Part shown: piece after piece, positions 60,201-64,000 of the stretch
Position numbering within the stretch: the first letter of the stretch is position 1
Layout of the letters: each line of letters opens with the position of its first letter
Origin: Cyanophora paradoxa CCMP329
Lineage: Eukaryota; Plantae; Glaucophyta
Direction: 5' to 3'
Assembly (NCBI GenBank): GCA_004431415.1
Contig: QPMI01000106.1
Coordinates: 1-64,000 of the forward strand
DNA: 64,000 bases
Notes under the pieces: generated by a model
Database searches by the model: none
The model's input: the letters and a program-made list of their open reading frames with translations, nothing else
Told to the model about the DNA's origin: nothing
Position numbers and translations under genes: made by a program

Positions 60201-62530
60201 CCCCTGTCAGCAGCAACGTACCCCCCTCCAGCAGCGGCGCGGCACCGCCGGGGCCACCCGCCCCCGCTTATTCCGGTTCACGACGCCCGCTACGCCCACT
60301 CCCCGACGCTATCTAATCTTCTGCCTTCTCCCTCGCAGCTACGCCGGCGCCGCAGCCGATCAGCGTACCCCCTGTCAGCAGCAACGTACCCCCCTCCAGC
60401 AGCGGCGCGGCACCGCCGGGGCCACCCGCCCCCGCTTATTCCGGTTCACGACGGCCGCTACGCCCACTCCCCGACGCTATCTAATCTTCTGCCTTCTCCC
60501 TCGCAGCTACGCCGGCGCCGCAGCCGATCAGCGTACCCCCTGTCAGCAGCAACGTACCCCCCTCCAGCAGCGGCGCGGCACCGCCGGGGCCACCCGCCCC
60601 CGCTTATTCCGGTTCACGACGCCCGCTACGCCCACTCCCCGACGCTATCTAATCTTCTGCCTTCTCCCTCGCAGCTACGCCGGCGCCGCAGCCGATCAGC
60701 GTACCCGCCACCAGCAGCAATGTACCCCCCTCCAGCAGCGGCGCGGCCCCGCCGGGCTTCCCCGCCCCTTCTCATTCCGGTCAGCGACGCCCGCTGCGCC
60801 GGCGCCCCGACCCCTCGTCACAGCTGCCTAACCCTCGGCAGCTGTCCCCTCCTCAGCGGCAGCCCCGCAAGAACCGGCCCCCTCCGCCGGCAGCGGCGCG
60901 GCCCCGCCGGGACCAGGCCCCCTCGCCGCTCCGCATCCCGGTTGGCGACGCCAGCTGCGCATGCGCCAACTACCCGACGCCATCGAACCTGCTCCCTTCT
61001 CCCCCGCAGCCCCGGCGCAGCCGGCCGCGGTCAACGCACCTGCACATGTCGGCAGTGTACCCCCCGCCAGCAACAGCGCAGCCCCGTCAGGCCTCGTCGC
61101 CCCTTCTCATTCTGGTTCGCGATGCCCGCCTCCGCGGTTTCTCCTCGGCGCCAGCCCTAATCCGCTCCCTTCACCCCGCATGCGCAGCCGCGATGCAGCC
61201 AACCGCCAGCGACAGCATCGTACCCCCGGGCTCCGGCAGCAGCGGCGGCGGCGCGGCCCCGCCCGGGGCCCCGCCGCCGGTTCCGGACCCGGACCCGGCG
61301 AGGGTGCTGGAGTGGCCTGCTTCCGTCGCCCTCGAGTGGCTGCGCCGAAAGTGCTCTCTCTCAGCCTCGGAAGTCTCGCCCGAGTCCGCGCTCCCGAATC
61401 CTCCCCTGCGCCCTCTGTCAGGGCTCTGCCGACACCGGTACCCTTCAGGCTGCAGTGCTTCCGGAAGCTGGCGTTGACGGGGCGGGCGCTTCTGCTGTAC
61501 CCGGCGAAGATGCTGCGGGGCAGGCTGCTGGAGCTGTACCCCGGCGCCGGCAGCGGCCTCGGCGACGACCTCGAGGCGGTCCTCTACTCGCTCGACTACG
61601 AGGTCCGCGATATCGATTTACATTATTCGAATTCAGGCGAAATGCATCGTTTACATTGTCCGCAATATATAAGCCAAATGAAAACACACATACACAGCTA
61701 TATGTCCAGTCTAGCTATATATAGCCTAGTCATACAATTCTGATGAACCCTGAACTGATTCTTGGACTCTCTTAGACTGGTTCCTCCTTTCTCGATCTCC
61801 TTCGACTTATATATTGTTATCATGATCAAATCACGAGCCCCTAGTTGAATCTTCTGAACGAAATCTAACTTCGCCTCTGCAGGTGGAGCTGCTTGTCGAG
61901 GACGCTACTCGTCGGTGCGGCCTTCGCGACAGCTCTGCAGCTCCCCCCCTACTCCTCCTCTTCCCCTTCCCCCCTCCCCCCTCCCTCCCTCCCCCCTCCC
62001 CCTCTCCCCCCCCCCTCCACCGCCCCCAACCCTCCCCTGATTACGGCGCCCTCCAAGGTGCGGAGACGCTGCGGTCGCCGCCGAGATCCAGCGGCGTTAC
62101 GAGAAGTCGATCCAAAGCGGCCGCCGCCGTCTGAACTCGTAGGCTCGTGCGCACGCAGTGCAAGCTGCTGAGCTAGAATGTCGCTCATAATATATGGCGA
62201 CGCTTCGTGATTGTTTTCGCCGCAGGTGACGCTTCTCGTAGACGGGGCGAAGCAGCTGTACATGTGCCCCCCCCCCCCCCCCCCCCAACTCCCCCCCCCC
62301 TCTTCCTTACCCCTTCGAGGTAAAGTAAGCAGTGATGATCCGTGATGCATCTCGTTGACGAGGTAAACCAGCTGTGCGCCCCCTTCCCCGGCCCGGCCCG
62401 GCCCCTCCCCCCTCCCTCCCCCCCCGCACCCCTTCCTCACCCCTTCTTCCTTCTTCCCCCTTCGTCAGATGCGGGGATGCCGCATGCCGCTATCGCCGCC
62501 GAGATCCAGTGGCACTACTGCGATGCAGCG
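54070..62530 (+). CDS. Multi-exon AP2-domain protein (three AP2-like repeats) with NLS, Pro/Ala/Gln-rich region and C-terminal SAM-like domain
   Basis: AP2-1 'GVKTDK..FYCILRWRGYTRQVHNFHSREEAARYRDRC..KLNFEESDY' (~54826-55170); AP2-2 'GVNAV..RWVRHFETAEEAARFRDRC..ELNYDEKEY' (~55928-56330); AP2-3 'SPLFPSVEGAERFRDRC..KLIFSLEGY' (~57570-58120); NLS RKRRR (~58490); SAM-like 'VLEWPASVALEWL..CFRKLALTGRALLL' (~61300-61560). Both ends uncertain. Confidence 0.68.
60106..60780. repeat. 168-bp tandem repeat x4, each unit one intron plus one exon
   Basis: cacgacg at 60111, 60279, 60447 and 60615. Unit = gttcacg...ctaat...ctcgcag intron plus an exon encoding ATPAPQPISVPPVSSNVPPSSSGAAPPGPPAPAYS. Confidence 0.9.
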
Positions 62531-63538
62531 AAAGCATTATTTGCTTGGATAGGTCCGGCCAGGCAGGAAGGTCCTAGGATAGGTTGGATGGTGTACATGT
62601 TGTGGTCCAGGCATAGCTATAGGTCCTCAAGCGTAGCTGCTGCGGCAATGCAGAGCTCCTGATTGTAATTAAGCCTGGGGATGCTGCTGTCACCGGTACT
62701 ACGGTATTCGCAGCCAGGCAGGAAGCTCTGGTGACTCTCAGGCGTAGCTGCTGCGGCGAACTTCGGAAAACAATATTTGCTCGGATACATAGCTATAGCT
62801 ATAGGCCAAGCGCTAGCGTAGCTGCTGCGGCGATATTGATGTCATGATGATCACAGCTGCGACAATGCAGCTGCATGCGCAGGTGTCCTAATTAATATCA
62901 GTATATATATTGACTAAGGCTGATACCGGTTGTCGAGCTCAGAGCCTCGAGCCCTAGGCCTGCAGCTGCGCATGCATTTACGTATATACGTACGCATGCG
63001 CATGCGCATGCCGATGCCCTAGGCCTGCAGCTAACGTTAACGAGTGGCGAAATCAAAAAGCGATTTGCTGCAGCACTTGTGCAGCCGCCTCCGCATGCGC
63101 AGATCCGATGATCACTTGCAATTGCGATTCACAGTTAAATTCGCATCATGACATCCACCGAGTCCATATTTATTCCGGATCCGGGCGCGAGGCCAATATT
63201 ACAAGCGCACTACATGTAGAATCGCAGGTACTTTCGTATACGAATGGGGAGGATGCGCGAACGCACTAAGGGGGTGCGGGGCGTCCAGCGAAAATATGAT
63301 ACACTACCCTCGGTTCAAAACTTGCATGAAACTAGGTGCACACGAGATGAATACCAGGACAGGCGCCATAGGCGGCGACAAACGCAGGCGAGTCGCGGCA
63401 AGATTTATAGGCTGCGCGAGGCCGCGGAATGCGCGATCACGAGACCCAGCCATGGGAAGGTGGATGGGCAGGCCTGGGCGTGGGAAAGGAATCTACCTAA
63501 GCCAATCTAGGAGCGAGCTGGAAACGCGCGGGGTACAG

Positions 63539-64000
63539 TTACAAGGAGGCGCGGTGCGTGGCGGTGAAGCGGGGAGGGAAGCTGGGCTGCGCCGCGTACG
63601 CGACGGGCATCTTGGAGGCGACGGGCGTGAGCTCCTCGTCCTCCTCCTCGTCCCCCCGGGGGGTAGAGGCGTCGTCTCCCTCCGTGTGCCGCCTCCGCGC
63701 GTGCGGCACCGGCGGCGTCACAGAGATCTCCGGCAGCAGCGCCGAGAACTGCGTACCCCCGGACGCGTTAGCGTAGGGGAAAGCGGGGAGGGGGTACGAG
63801 GGCACGGACCTGGAGCTTCTTGGTGACGTGGAGGGGCGCGCGCTTGGCCGAGCCCGTCGTCGTCGAGCGCCGCGCGATCGGGGGCTCCTGGGAGGTGGAG
63901 GGGGTACCGCGTTAGCTAGCCGCGGAAGCCAGAGGGGTACGGGGGCGCACGGGGTCCGGGAGGCACATCGCAGCGAGGGCGGCCTCCTCCCGCGCGTCGC
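63539..64000 (-). CDS. 3' end of an unidentified gene running off the window
   Basis: Terminal exon ..EISVTPPV..DEEEDEELTPVASKMPVAY..RASL-stop, preceded by GTACCCC-type introns. Confidence 0.5.
   Translation of the reverse strand, partial: ATRGRRPPSLRCASRTPCAPVPLWLPRLANAVPPPPPRSPRSRGARRRRARPSARPSTSPRSSRSVPSYPLPAFPYANASGGTQFSALLPEISVTPPVPHARRRHTEGDDASTPRGDEEEDEELTPVASKMPVAYAAQPSFPPRFTATHRASL

Noticed and set aside
1-64000. Hundreds of long Arg/Gly/Pro/Ala-rich ORFs in the six-frame track
   Set aside because: Stop-codon scarcity in very high-GC DNA. Recognisable domains appear only as short exons across frames.

Overview
Very GC-rich, intron-dense eukaryotic nuclear DNA with short GT-AG and many GC-AG introns. 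Composition and gene style remind me of the glaucophyte Cyanophora paradoxa, but this is an unverified impression. Most long ORFs in the supplied track are GC artefacts; the real genes had to be rebuilt by hand from short exons, so boundaries are approximate. The left half (1-32 kb) is a cluster of sensor/signalling genes with innate-immunity-type architectures: a soluble-adenylyl-cyclase-like STAND protein (cyclase-cyclase-P-loop-helical/TPR), three paralogous F-box/LRR genes, and a long ankyrin-repeat protein ending in two TIR domains. A 4.6 kb non-autonomous CACTA transposon (42-bp perfect TIRs, GCA TSD) sits exactly in a splice acceptor of the third F-box gene, and the TSD regenerates that acceptor. 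The middle (32-50 kb) holds a large Thr-rich beta-type orphan gene with a tRNA-derived SINE (15-bp TSD) in one intron, a CCCH zinc-finger gene, two small orphan genes with acidic tails, and a cluster of MITEs (two hAT-type with perfect 8-bp TSDs). The right part holds a rearranged segmental duplicate (F-box tail relic, CCCH tail, helical-repeat gene fragment), a triple-AP2 plus SAM transcription-factor-like gene, and the 3' end of another gene. The motif GTAC(CCC) is strongly and position-dependently enriched in the bodies of some genes.
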